Shown here one piece after another: positions 52,637 to 64,000 of a stretch of DNA of 64,000 nucleotides. The stretch is taken from the NCBI RefSeq assembly GCF_964355755.1, contig NC_092672.1, positions 15,190,001 through 15,254,000 on the forward strand, read 5' to 3'. Origin of the DNA: Antedon mediterranea. Its lineage: Eukaryota > Animalia > Echinodermata. The notes beneath the pieces were generated by a model. The model worked only from the letters and a program-made list of their open reading frames with translations, was not told where the DNA came from and searched no databases. Position 1 is the first letter of the stretch; every line of letters starts with the position of its first letter. The position numbers and the translations under genes are program-made.

Positions 52637-53140
52637 ACTAGATTTGAACTCGTCATGGTGACGAGTTAGGCTATCGCTCAATGCATCATATGCACATGCT
52701 GTTTATTAGTCTACAGTAGGTTGTACGAACAGCATAGCATTGATCAAAATAGTCGAAGGTATTGACATTGTAAACGGTATAGTTGACGGTTAATTTTGAT
52801 TTACACCACTCACGTTTTTTCAATTTTTTTAATATGATAACCTTTCAAATTAAAAAAAAGTTGATATGTCTGAAGGAGAATTGTTTGAGTAATAACACTT
52901 GAAAATTGATAACCTTTACGCAATATGCTCTCTATTGAATGTGACAAACTGTTTCAAAAGAGAAAAAAATCAAATTTAAAAATTTCAGATGGCCATATGA
53001 GGACGTCATAACATACTTATACGGTCCAAATTTCACATGAATTCATATCTACATCTCATCAGCTTTTATATTATGTTTAAAAAATAGGGGGTCACTGTGC
53101 ATCATGAGAACTACCGTATGCACGATTTTTTGAAATTCTT
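52637..53140 (-). mobile_element. HINE-family fragment at the 5' edge of the LINE remnant
   Basis: AACTAGATTTGAACTCGTCATGGTGACGAGTT terminal hairpin; TGGCCATATGAGGACGTCA repeat. Confidence 0.6.
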
Positions 53141-54083
53141 AAATTGACTATAAATTTAAAACAGTCTTTTCAATTTTTAATAATTCATATAGTGGTAAGA
53201 AGGTTATTTAGAGTTACATTATTTATAAATGAAGAGGCGGTGGTGCTTGACTACTTAATTGACTTAAAAATCATCTACTATGCCACATCTTTATTTATGT
53301 GCACTACTTATTTTTGTTTAATTTGTGTGATATTTGTGTCATTTGGTCCTTACAGTTATTAGTTGGTGTGTCAAATGAGCTGATCCAGTTTTTGATACTC
53401 TTCAGAATATTCTAAATGTTATGCAGGTCTAAATTAAATTTGTCATGTTAGAAATCAAATCAATTCATCCACTCATAGTGAAAAATGTGAAATGACAAAA
53501 AGTTTTTTGCCTTAACGTTTAAACCAGCAACATACCACATACTTGAGAATCAATTATTCTATTCATGTCACATGGCACCGAAGTCACAATTACAAGGCTA
53601 TTATTATTATTTTTTGTCAATGCATTACAAATCAAATTGTCTTGTTTTTTAGAATCTTTATTTAATCCAAAGGCATTGATAATTGTTCTCCTTGTACATA
53701 TTTCAGGTCATTATAAAAAACAATAATAATAAATACAAATTTTAAACCAGGAACTACCCTTTAAAGTTTGTTCTCATACTAATTCTTTTTCTATTCTTTT
53801 CTTTTTTAATAAGTTGCCTACTTTTTGGAAACATTTTAAAATTGTTCCTAATCAATAAGACTTCCAATTACAGATTCTACCATTTAAAGCCTGCTTTGAA
53901 GTTGAACAGAGTTTAAACTGACCAATCAAATGGTTTACAAATTACATCATCATAGTTTGCGAACATAATACGTATGTTCTGATAATTTTTGAATTGTACA
54001 ACGTGATGATGTTTTTCATTTTTTGTACAATTTTAAGGTTTGATATTAAGTCTAAACTATAATACAAATAGAACTTAATTTAA

Positions 54084-54803
54084 TTTTTAGTCGCGTGGAC
54101 GCGACTCTATAGTTCACTATGTCGGTCGGTCGGTCTGTCGGTCGGTCCGGTATCACTATGCGTTTTATCGCTTTCTGACCTTATCTTGATATCAGTTTAA
54201 TCTAGCTAAGTCAATTTTTCACAGTATATTCCTTATGGCCAGGAATCGATGTGGTTATGTTTTCACGGTGCGCAATAAAAAAATTACGCGGTCTACGTAC
54301 GATTTAACGAAATCACGTTTGTAATCATATCTTCACAACCATGAATCACAATTAAACACAATTTGGTACTCATAAATTTCAGGGCATAAATCATCATATG
54401 GCAATACAATTACGTGCGTAGCGCATGTAACGCATGCGTGCACGCGCTTAAAATTTTCAAAATTTATTTTCGATGAAATAAGAGTACGTTTCAGGCAATT
54501 TTAAGCGTTTACAAAATTGCCATGAGTGCGCAGATTTTTGCGCGCGCACTGCGCGTTAAATGTTATTGCGCACTCTTTTTGCCCGATTTCTGTTTTTTTT
54601 TACTTACTTTTCGACTCGAAATTACGTTATACGAGCACGTCAAAAGTGACAGGCTACGCACGTGTAAATTAAAAAAATATAATTGTTTTTAAACATTTCA
54701 ACATTTTTAAACATGTTCAGTAATTTCGGTCAGTTGGTAGGTTGGTCGGTCGGTCGGTAAACACTAATGAGCACGCGACTGCAGCCATCTATATGGCCTT
54801 GTT
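54084..54803 (+). mobile_element. Complete HINE/DINE-1-like element
   Basis: 5' TTTTTAGTCGCGTGGACGCGACT, then a (GTCG)n microsatellite. The 3' end has sub-TIR CACGCGACT, hairpin GCCATCTATATGGC and CTTGTT. Confidence 0.88.
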
Positions 54804-55239
54804 ATTCTTAGTGTAAGTATAGATTCAGCATAAAGGTCCTAGGCTGGGTTGCAGCATCAACAAGTCAGGACTTTTTCAATTTTCATGTGAGCCCGGCTGC
54901 ATGTGACCGATTTTCGGTTTGCAACACTTCACGTGAGGGTGTTCTAGCAACGCTCGATAGAGCCTTGAATGATTGTGTAAATGTGTAAAAACGGTTTTTT
55001 ATCGTTATTTACTTTCTAGATTTATTTTAAAGATAATTTTAAACTATATTTGGTTTGACTTGCATCTACAGCCATAGCATCCTGTCATCATGGACTTTTA
55101 CTACAACAGTCTATAAAACGTTTTGGTTTTTATTTTGGTGGCCATTATTCAGGAAAATCATAAAGACTGTTAATTCTGGCACCTAATAAATTCTTGTACT
55201 TGTCATGATATTCCTGAAATATTTACCCACATAAGATGA

Positions 55240-55340
55240 ATCCGGGACGATTCGGCCCTGAGACGATTCAGCCCAGGACAATTCGGTTCACTTTTGGTGG
55301 GACGATTCAGCCCACTTTTGGGACAAAAACTTCTCCTACT
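55240..55340. repeat. GGGACGATTC(G/A)GCCC short-repeat cluster (MITE subterminal type)
   Basis: About four direct copies plus an inverted GGGCCGAAACGTCT. Confidence 0.6.
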
Positions 55341-55683
55341 TTGTGGGCCGAAACGTCTCACTTTAGACTGTTTCAATTTGATTGAGGGGTATCTATGATA
55401 TAATAGAACTAAGCCAAAATGTTTTCCTCTATCTCCTCCAAAACCGCAAGTACAATACTAGCGACGAGCACCTTTTAATTCCCCTATGTGAGAACAGCAA
55501 ATTTGTACAAAAAATGTGTTTTTTAGACCAATTTCTTTGCAACTGCCGAACTCAGCGTTCGGCAATCCTCGGCCATTTCCCGCTAGTAAAAGATTGCCAC
55601 AGGCAGCAGGTCAAGCATGCATTTGGCTACCATGCTGTACTGAATTATTTTGAACATAAATCCCGAACCGGATGGAGGTATAG

Positions 55684-55731
55684 CATAGAGATATTATAGT
55701 GAACTGGAGAAACAACTATAATATCTCTATG
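55684..55731. mobile_element. 48-bp micro-MITE (P-element-like termini)
   Basis: Perfect 16-bp TIR CATAGAGATATTATAG / CTATAATATCTCTATG; perfect 7-bp TSD GGTATAG (55677-55683, 55732-55738). Confidence 0.85.
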
Positions 55732-57779
55732 GGTATAGTAATGACATTATTTATTAAAAAATACCTAAATAAAATATAATACATCAATCAAAGTAAAATA
55801 TTTATAAGTATGAACAGGGAAACAAACTTTCTGTCTTCCCTAACTTAAGAATACAACTTCCAACTTATGGAAATTTCTAACTTGGTTCTCACTTAAATGC
55901 AACGCAATCAATCAGTACACTTCAACAAGCAAGTCATGTCCTAAACATCAAATTTTACTTTTTTGGAAGAGGAGTTGCTTTGATTTTACACACTATTGCT
56001 GATGTTATGGAGTTTATTATTATATATTTTTTAAACATCTTATTAATATATTTTCTAGGACCAATGTGCAATTGGTAAAGCCTTAATACAAAGGTTTTTA
56101 TCACTGTTTATTTGTCTTTCCTGCTTGCTTCACATTCAATTGTTTAAAATGATCAATGACTCAGACAAGCCTCAGTAGGGATTGCCAGCCATTTTTATAG
56201 TTTTACCGATTAAAGCATCCAGTTAAAGAAGGAATTACTCTATTTCAAAGTTGCACGTGTTTGTAAGCTTCTATAATTAGCCCCTTTGTCACATCCACCC
56301 CTATTCTTATGGTTAGAGAACTTAAATCAAATTCACCTACTACTATCAATTTCTTAACTGGAACTAAACAAGTTAATGCTGCCTCTCAAACCCCTGGTCA
56401 ATGGGAAGAATCACCTGCACTAAAATCAAAACTTAGAGGTCAAGAAGACAAAATTGCTAACCTTAAAAAACAAATTTATGAACTAAAAAAAGTACAAACA
56501 ATTAAACTTTGTACAGCTGTCAGCATTTAATGAACTGTGCGAACAAAACTCATGTCTTGAAATACAACTGAGAAGCTCTCAGGAAAGATCAGACAAGGAA
56601 TTTGTTGAACCAAAACATGTAGTTGCCAATGTTAGTGCACCAACCACTACTAAACATGCAATTTTACAACCTACAAATCATTTCGTCATTCTGAGTCCAA
56701 TGAAAATAACTGTCAATATCAGACGATGCAAAATGTGAGCTGGATAGATCTAACGAAACTAAACAACCTAAGACAGATATCATGAATGAAACTGTTACTA
56801 TCAAAAGCCATTATAGAACACCATCAAATACAAACAAGAATTTAATCATCGGAGACTCAATGCTAAAGCATATTAAAACTAAAGGCCCCCATCAAACTTC
56901 TGTCAAAACAATGAGAGGAGCTACAACTAGGCAGGTTTATGAAAGGTTGGATGAGGTAAACTTTAATGGTATCGAAAATTTCATAATACATGTAGGTACT
57001 ACTAATGATTGTGCTGTTCCAGACATTAATCTTATAAGCCTAGAGAATGACTTTCCTGACCTTGTAACAGAGTTGTGGACAAAGGTTTCTGGTGGAAATG
57101 TGTATGTATCGGCAGTATGCCCTCATTTTGGCAATGCCGACTACTACATGTGGATAGACTCAATAAATCATTACAGCAAATGTATGGAAAATACATCATT
57201 GATCATTCCCATACCATTGGTTTGAAAGAAAGTATTAGGACCAACTTCACATCTCATGACCTACACTTGAACAAACGTGGCACATCAACTCTCATCTACA
57301 GTATTCAAATCCTTCAAAAGAACAGCAAGAAACAGCAAAGAATGAAATCACCTAGATGTCATTTTTGCAGCGAAACCGGACATATTAGTAGTAATTGCCA
57401 TCATGGTCAACCTATGTTTTGATGGATCTGTAAACAACTTGGACACAAAATGAAATTGTTTAAAGCAAAACATGTTAAAGATCAATGAGAAGTAGGCGAA
57501 AAAGTTGAAGCTGGAACAGCTGTACAAAGTGCAAATACTAACGTAACCATTTTTAATACTTCTATTCCATTAACTAAGGATTATGAATATGTTAAACCTG
57601 ATAAAAATAGTTTTAATAGTATACATAATTATAACAATACCACTTCTAAATGTATGTAAACTCTTAATTTAATTTGTAATACTTGCAAAATTTGTTCATT
57701 ATCTTATGACTTTTCCTAATCCTTCAATTAGACTTAATAAGTTGTGACGCGACAATTGTTTTATACAAAATGCTTTAAT

Positions 57780-58735
57780 GGAACTTTTCATTCATTCTTT
57801 ATTTAGCCTTCAAAATCGAAATACATTTAAACATAGGTAACAAAAACAAGACAGACGGAAATCTAAGGAGGCAAGAATAATAATAAGCAAAAGAAAATCA
57901 AATCGCTGTAGCTCGCAGGCTTGCTTAATCCATCCTTAGACATCCAGTACATAGATACATAAAATATACATTTACTATCCAAATATAAATAAATTCTCAT
58001 TAAGTGTCAAAGTATAGCCTACAGTGTACGTATATATTTAAAAAACATTAAAATAAAAAAATATGAAACAAATTACTATATGGTAAACGATGATTATAAA
58101 AATATTACTACAGTAGCAAATTATTTTTCATTTAGCAAAATTGTAAAGATCCCAATTAAGTACTAAAAATCAAACCAATCAGGAAAACAGAAAAAGTAGT
58201 AGTAGTCTTAATAAACTATTTAAACTACAGTAACTATGCTTACTGTAATATAAAAGTTGAAAAACATATAATTATAATAATAAAATTGCAGTACCCAATG
58301 TTCTTTCAATTTCATTGCAAATATATTAGTGATGAATTGTCAAGAACTACAGAGTCCTTAATTTCATTTTGTAGATTTTACCATAAGCGTGAAAACTTAT
58401 TTACAGAGTGTTTTAGTACATCAGTACGGGCATAGCGGTGTTTAAATGCTAGAACATCTGGGTTTCGTGGATTTATATCAGTGTTTGATACAATAGAGCT
58501 ACATTCAATTTTGCCAGCCAAGCATTTTACTGTAAGAAGTACTATGTTTTGTTTTCTTCTATTATCAAGAGTTGTCGTATTTAAATAATTTAATCGGTCC
58601 ACATATAGCATTTCCTGTTTCTTCTGGTGTAGACACATGCGTGTTGCACTTCTGTGTACTCTTTACATTTTTGAAGAAAGGATTTCTGTATAGGTGTTCC
58701 ATGAGGTAGTCCATATTCTGTTGGGAGAACAAGTG
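57780..58735 (-). mobile_element. CR1-like LINE 3' fragment inserted antisense between ORF1 and ORF2 of the host LINE
   Basis: ORF 58378-58638 reads YVDRLNYLNTTTLDNRR. The minus-strand tail AATAAAGAATGAATGAA lies near 57787-57803. Confidence 0.7.
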
Positions 58736-59032
58736 TTCAGGTGTAGTTCTACCGCAATTACTTTAACAATTGTAATTATGAATAAGTAGTAAAAACTAAA
58801 TTTCTTACTTAAATATACTCAATTTTAGGCAACAAATTAGGCAATGTCAAACACCTCTCCATGAATTTAATTATGATATATTTTGTATAACTAAAACATG
58901 GCTAAACAAAAATATTGATATCAATGAGATTTTAGTAGAAGGATACAAGATTAGTAGGCTTGATAGACAAAATGCCTTTAAAGAAATCAAAAAATTGAGA
59001 TCTGAAAATGTTGAAGCTCTTTGGATTGAAAT

Positions 59033-60690
59033 AGCCTGGGTGCAGTACAAATTTTGCGTGAAAAAATTATAGGAAAAAAATTTTTTCTGATAGAGTATAA
59101 CATAAAGAATGTCAGAAAAAAATCCCCATCCCAAGGTCTTGGGGGAAATTTTTTACGGCACTTTTAAAGTTTGGCCTATATAACACACACAAATGCCTAT
59201 TAACACACAAATACCTATATATAGGGGATAGGGAAAACCAATTCACGTTTTTTAGGTGATCATTTAGAATAAAATTTCTTCAGAATGCACGATGACCCCT
59301 AATTTTTTAAACTTATACTGAAAGCCATTGAGTTGTAGATATGAATTCATTCACACATTTGGCGGACAAAATGTTGTGACGTCATCAAATGGCCACTTCA
59401 ATTTAAAAATTAGGATTTTTCATCTTTTTTTGTAGGTTATCACATTCAATAGAACGCATCTCCGTTATTTGAGCCCGATTTTCGCACACATTTCAGTATG
59501 TGCTTGCTAAATTAATTATCTTTATCATGACTTGCCACTATTTTAATTTCGATGACGTTATCACGTGTAAAAACTTGAATAACGTAGGTTGTGTAATTTG
59601 ACCTTCAGCGTATATTTAAATATCTCACATCTTTTCAGAATTAAAGGTGACCTTATTGATTATAACTGAAAGCTGATGAAATGTAGATAAAAATTAATAT
59701 AAAAATGAAGCTTTTCGGATGTTGTGACCTTATGATATGGCCAGTTGAATTTAAAAAGTAGTTTTTTCATTTATTTCGTCAAATTTATAAAAATTTCAAA
59801 GAGCGCACATTGCGCATCTACAGGCCAAATTTTCTTCCAAATCTTATATTTTGTTGCTCAATTGATTATCTTTCGATATTGTTTTCCACAAGTTTATTTC
59901 GATAATATCATCAAGGCCAAAAAATTTGAACATGATGAGTGTCGGTAATTTCACCAATGCTACACTGTATATAGATATACAGTATATACTGTACATAATG
60001 CATATGGCATAGGCACAACTCAGCACTAAGCGTATAATAGGATGGCATACATCAACATTTTCCAATTGTATGTTAACATACGTGCATGTTTAAAAAATAT
60101 TAATGTCAATAAAATTATAAAAATGATCACCTATAATTCGTCAAAGTGACGAATTAAATTCTAGTTTTTACTTGGAGTTGTGTTATGATGATTAAAATTA
60201 GCTGAGGCTTACTTTAACTACTAATTCTCATAGTAGTTAATAAATCGAGTCGATAACAATGACATCATCATGCCAGAATCCTATATGGCATCCAATTTGG
60301 CGGGAAAAAAAGGGTATTGCTAGGTTTAACAATATCCTGTTTTTCCCGCCAAATTGGATTCTGGCATGATGATGTCATTGTATCGACTTGATTCATTAAC
60401 TACTATGAGAAGTAGTTATTAAAGAAAGCCTCTACTAATTTTAATCATTAAAACAACTGCAAGTAACAAAAACCGTTAATTGATTTTCCCTATCCCCTAT
60501 AGGTATTTGTGTGTGTTAATAGGAATTTGTGTGTGTTATAGGCCAAAATTTAAAAGTGCTGTAAAAAATTGGGGATGAGGATTTTTTTTCTGACATTCTA
60601 TATGGTATACTCTATCAGAAAAACCGCAAAAAAAATTTTCCTATACTTTTTTCCCGCAAATGTGTATATTAACTGTTTTGCACCCAGGCT
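59033..60690. mobile_element. Fully palindromic foldback element (AGCCTGGGTGCA termini) inserted in the LINE endonuclease
   Basis: Left arm 59033-59250 plus 60167-60320 mirrors 60325-60690. The host frame LWIEI|LPHSKPLHIGNIYRPP rejoins across it. Confidence 0.88.
59251..60166 (+). mobile_element. HINE nested in the foldback's left arm
   Basis: TTAGGTGATCATTTAGAATAAAAT...ATGATCACCTATAATTCGTCAAAGTGACGAATTAAATTCTAGTT, inserted in a T-run. Confidence 0.85.
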
Positions 60691-63600
60691 TTGCCACATT
60701 CTAAACCTTTACATATAGGTAATATTTATAGACCACCTAATGCAAAAGTTGAATAATTAAAAGAACTTGAAAACATGTTCCAACAAAGTACTTCATTATA
60801 TAATGCTGTGATCTTGAGAGACTTTAACTTAGATATAAAAGTAATAAGACAAATGCAAGTAAAATTAATAAAATAGCTAAAAATTTACAAGAATAACTGA
60901 CACTAGTAAATCAATTATAGATTTGATTTTTGTCACTAATTGTAATATTTCAACAGCAGGAGTATCAAGCCATGGAATACACTCCTTAATATATCGCAAA
61001 ACTAAAAAAACTCATATTCCTCCAAAGTTTGTTACTTCTCTGTCTTTTTGACCAAAACTGTATAGAAGATTTAAATCTGGGATCAAGTCAAGCTTCACTC
61101 TGATGTTAACTCTGTCTGGTTGCTGTGGAAATGCCTATTTGGTGAGTTATGTAATCGTCATGCCCCTTTAAAGACAAAGAGACTAAAAGGATCAGTTCCT
61201 GAATGGATAACAACTGATTATATAAGATTAACAAAAGATAGAGACTACTATTATAAGAAATAAAGTTAATAATTTAAATAGGAATTTGAAAAGGAAATAC
61301 TATACAAATACTATTAATGAAAATACTAAAAATCCTGTAAATTATGTAATTAAATAAATTAATACCTAAAACAAAACCCAGTATAAATAATGTATATAAA
61401 GCTAACAATAAAAACTATACATCCAATGATAAGGACACAGCCAATGTTTTCAATGCTCATTTTACTTCAATTGGAAGTTCTTTAGCATATCAATTTACTA
61501 ACTCCTATAATTCTACTAACAGCAACACATCAGAAAATATTTTTGCGGGTGAAAAATTTGAATTTCATTTTCTTACCCCTGATTAAATAACAACCAGTTA
61601 TGTAAATTGTCAACTAATAAAGCTATGGGTATTGATAACTTTGATTGCAAACTTCTTAAATTAGCTGCACCAATAATTTGTGACTCACTCTCATATATTT
61701 GTAATCTATCTATGTTCAGTTCTAGATTTCCAAATGAATGGAAACTCGCTAAGGTAACAACACCTGTATATAAAGATGGGGATATGTCAGATCCTTATAA
61801 TTACCGCCCAATTATTGTTTACCCATACTTTCAAAACTCTTAGAACGTGCTGTGCATGATCAATTATACTTGTATTTAAGAACTAACAACCTTATACCTC
61901 CCAATCAGGCTTTAGAAAAATTAGTCACTACAGAAATTACTCTTTTAGATGTTACTGATTATATTTTAGATAATTTTGATAAAGGTATTTCAACTGCTGC
62001 TTTATTTTTTGACTTGAAGAAAGCGTTTGATACAGTCAACCATACTTACCAAATTAAGGAATTATGGCTTAAATGATATTGCACTTTACTGGTTTAAATC
62101 ATATGTAAGTGGAAGATCTCAAGTTGTAAAAATTCAACAAAATCTGAATCCATGAATGTTAATATGGTGTCCCACAGGGATCAATACTGGGACCTTTATT
62201 ATTTATTTCATATGTAAATGTGTGATGTATGTAGATGATACAACACTCTTATGTAATTCATCTGACCCTATAAGAATCAACTTAATATCAATAAACAAAA
62301 TTATAGAATGGTTTGCCCATAATCAACTCACACTAAATCTTAATAAGACAATTCCTTATGATTTTCAGCACATATTTAAGAATATATCTTTACTTCATAA
62401 CAACACACTATTGAAAGTGTTGATTCTTTTAAGTATTTAGGTGTCATTTTTGATCCTCAACTTAATTGGAGAAAACATATAGACAAAATGACTTGTAAAA
62501 TAGCTAAACATATCAGTTTGAATCGTCGTATTAAGATGTATCTTCCTATGTATACTTTGAAAATGTCCTAATTATTCCATTATTTGTTACTGTGTTTGGT
62601 CCAATTGTAACATAAATTTTGGAGATTCTCTTCAGGTTTTATTAAATAGATTAGGTAGAATATTGTTATCTGTAGACATGTATACCCCTATTAATGATAT
62701 CTTAAATACTCTTGGTTGGAGTAGTCTTACAGAAAAATGGAATGAAAATATTCTTATAATGCTATTTATATGTTTAAAAGGAATCACTTCAACATATTTA
62801 ACAATATTATTTCAATTTACTGTAGATAACCATAATAAATGCACTCGCTCTCAAGGTAATAATGATTTATATATTCCATTTTGCAATAACTCTCAAGGTA
62901 AAAGGACTTTTGTCTATAGATCAACAAAACTATGGAATTCTATACCAAATAACAAAAATCAGAACTTCATAATATGTCTCTTGCAACGTTTAATCTTCAC
63001 TCTAGGAAACATATATGTATTAACCTTTTTACCTTTACAATTGTAAATAGTTTTATATTTCTTTTCTTTATTTTTTTTTCTTATTAATTTTAATATTTAA
63101 TTTTTAATTTTTTATGTTGTATATACTTCGGTTTGGGTTTAGTTTTTTTCTTCAGTTTCTACTGTATGATCACCATTTACAGAGGTTTCACAACATAAAT
63201 TGCTTTCTAAATCCAGGATATTATATATAAATACTCTGCGTATTTAAAAGAATGACATGCCATATAGGCCTACACATATCTATTTCTAGAACATATTGTA
63301 TGCACTTAATATATCATGATGCCGGTCCATTGGACGGGTACCTGCTAGTAATATGTAATAGTAAAGGTGATAGTTTACTGAACTAATTCATTTATTACAT
63401 TACATATATATTGTACTTGAAACCAGATGTTATTTTATATTAAAGGTATTGTTTACATTTTCGAAAATAATAGATAAAATTCTACATAATTATGTTTTTT
63501 CCCCACATATATATGGCATACTGCATTGGTTTAAAAGGATCCATATAACTACAAAAATAGGAATTTCTTACCGACAAAAATGTATACTTTTGTGCATTAT

Positions 63601-64000
63601 AAAACAAAAAACCCTGGCAAATTGCAACTCATTGCTTGTTCAATGTTCAAATAATTACCTTTTTTATTTTGACTAAATATACTGTATATGAGATTTTTTT
63701 GCCACACCAATGTGAGTAATTCTTTCGCCATAAATCTAAATTCATAAAGATAAGAATTGATAACATCTGAATGTGTGGACTGATCATAAATTTTAATCAT
63801 GTTCATGTCATCATAAGTATTACAAGCTTCTTGACTCGATTTAACACATGAAAAATATAAAGATAGATTGGGAAAATATTTAGTGCCATGAAGATTTTCT
63901 GATTTGTTAGTCATTGACTATGAATATAGTGTCAAAATGACAATAATTGACAGGCACATACAATTTAGTTTTTCAGTTCAGTCTTTAGAAATGTAAATAT

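Larger units (their letters stand above)
56300..63130 (+). mobile_element. Near full-length decayed L2/CR1-group LINE: ORF1 (coiled coil, SGNH esterase, CCHC knuckle) and ORF2 (endonuclease + RT), with nested insertions
   Basis: ORF1: IIGDSMLK, IIHVGTTND, DLHLN, CHFCSETGHISSNC. ORF2: TWLNKNI, ALWIEI, IYRPP, KAMGIDN, WKLAKV..YNYRPI, FFDLKKAFDTVNH, MYVDDTTL, TFVYRSTKLWNSIP. Confidence 0.92.

Overview
This is AT-rich eukaryotic DNA, probably from a marine invertebrate (an echinoderm-like repeat landscape, which is inference); it is not prokaryotic. It holds one convincing host gene: a single-exon-CDS type I membrane receptor with three Ig domains (30284-31570, minus strand). The rest is mostly layered transposon remnants: a decayed Gypsy LTR element (1-~4195) with PBS and PPT, many CR1/L2-type LINE fragments (two with an SGNH-esterase ORF1), non-autonomous DNA elements with readable target-site duplications (5, 8, 10 and 3 bp), Helentron-type elements (HINEs; one carries two tRNA-Val(AAC) copies), a Helitron with a duplicated 3' end, and several long foldbacks. 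The most notable observation concerns the homogeneous 29 x 39-bp array at 23729-24863. It parses as a 32-bp CATAGA...TCTATG micro-element plus a 7-bp spacer, and solo relatives occur elsewhere in the window, one with a perfect 7-bp TSD (55684-55731). This suggests a satellite born from a minimal transposon plus its TSD. Superfamily assignments rest on terminal motifs and TSD length only, and boundaries without TSDs are approximate.
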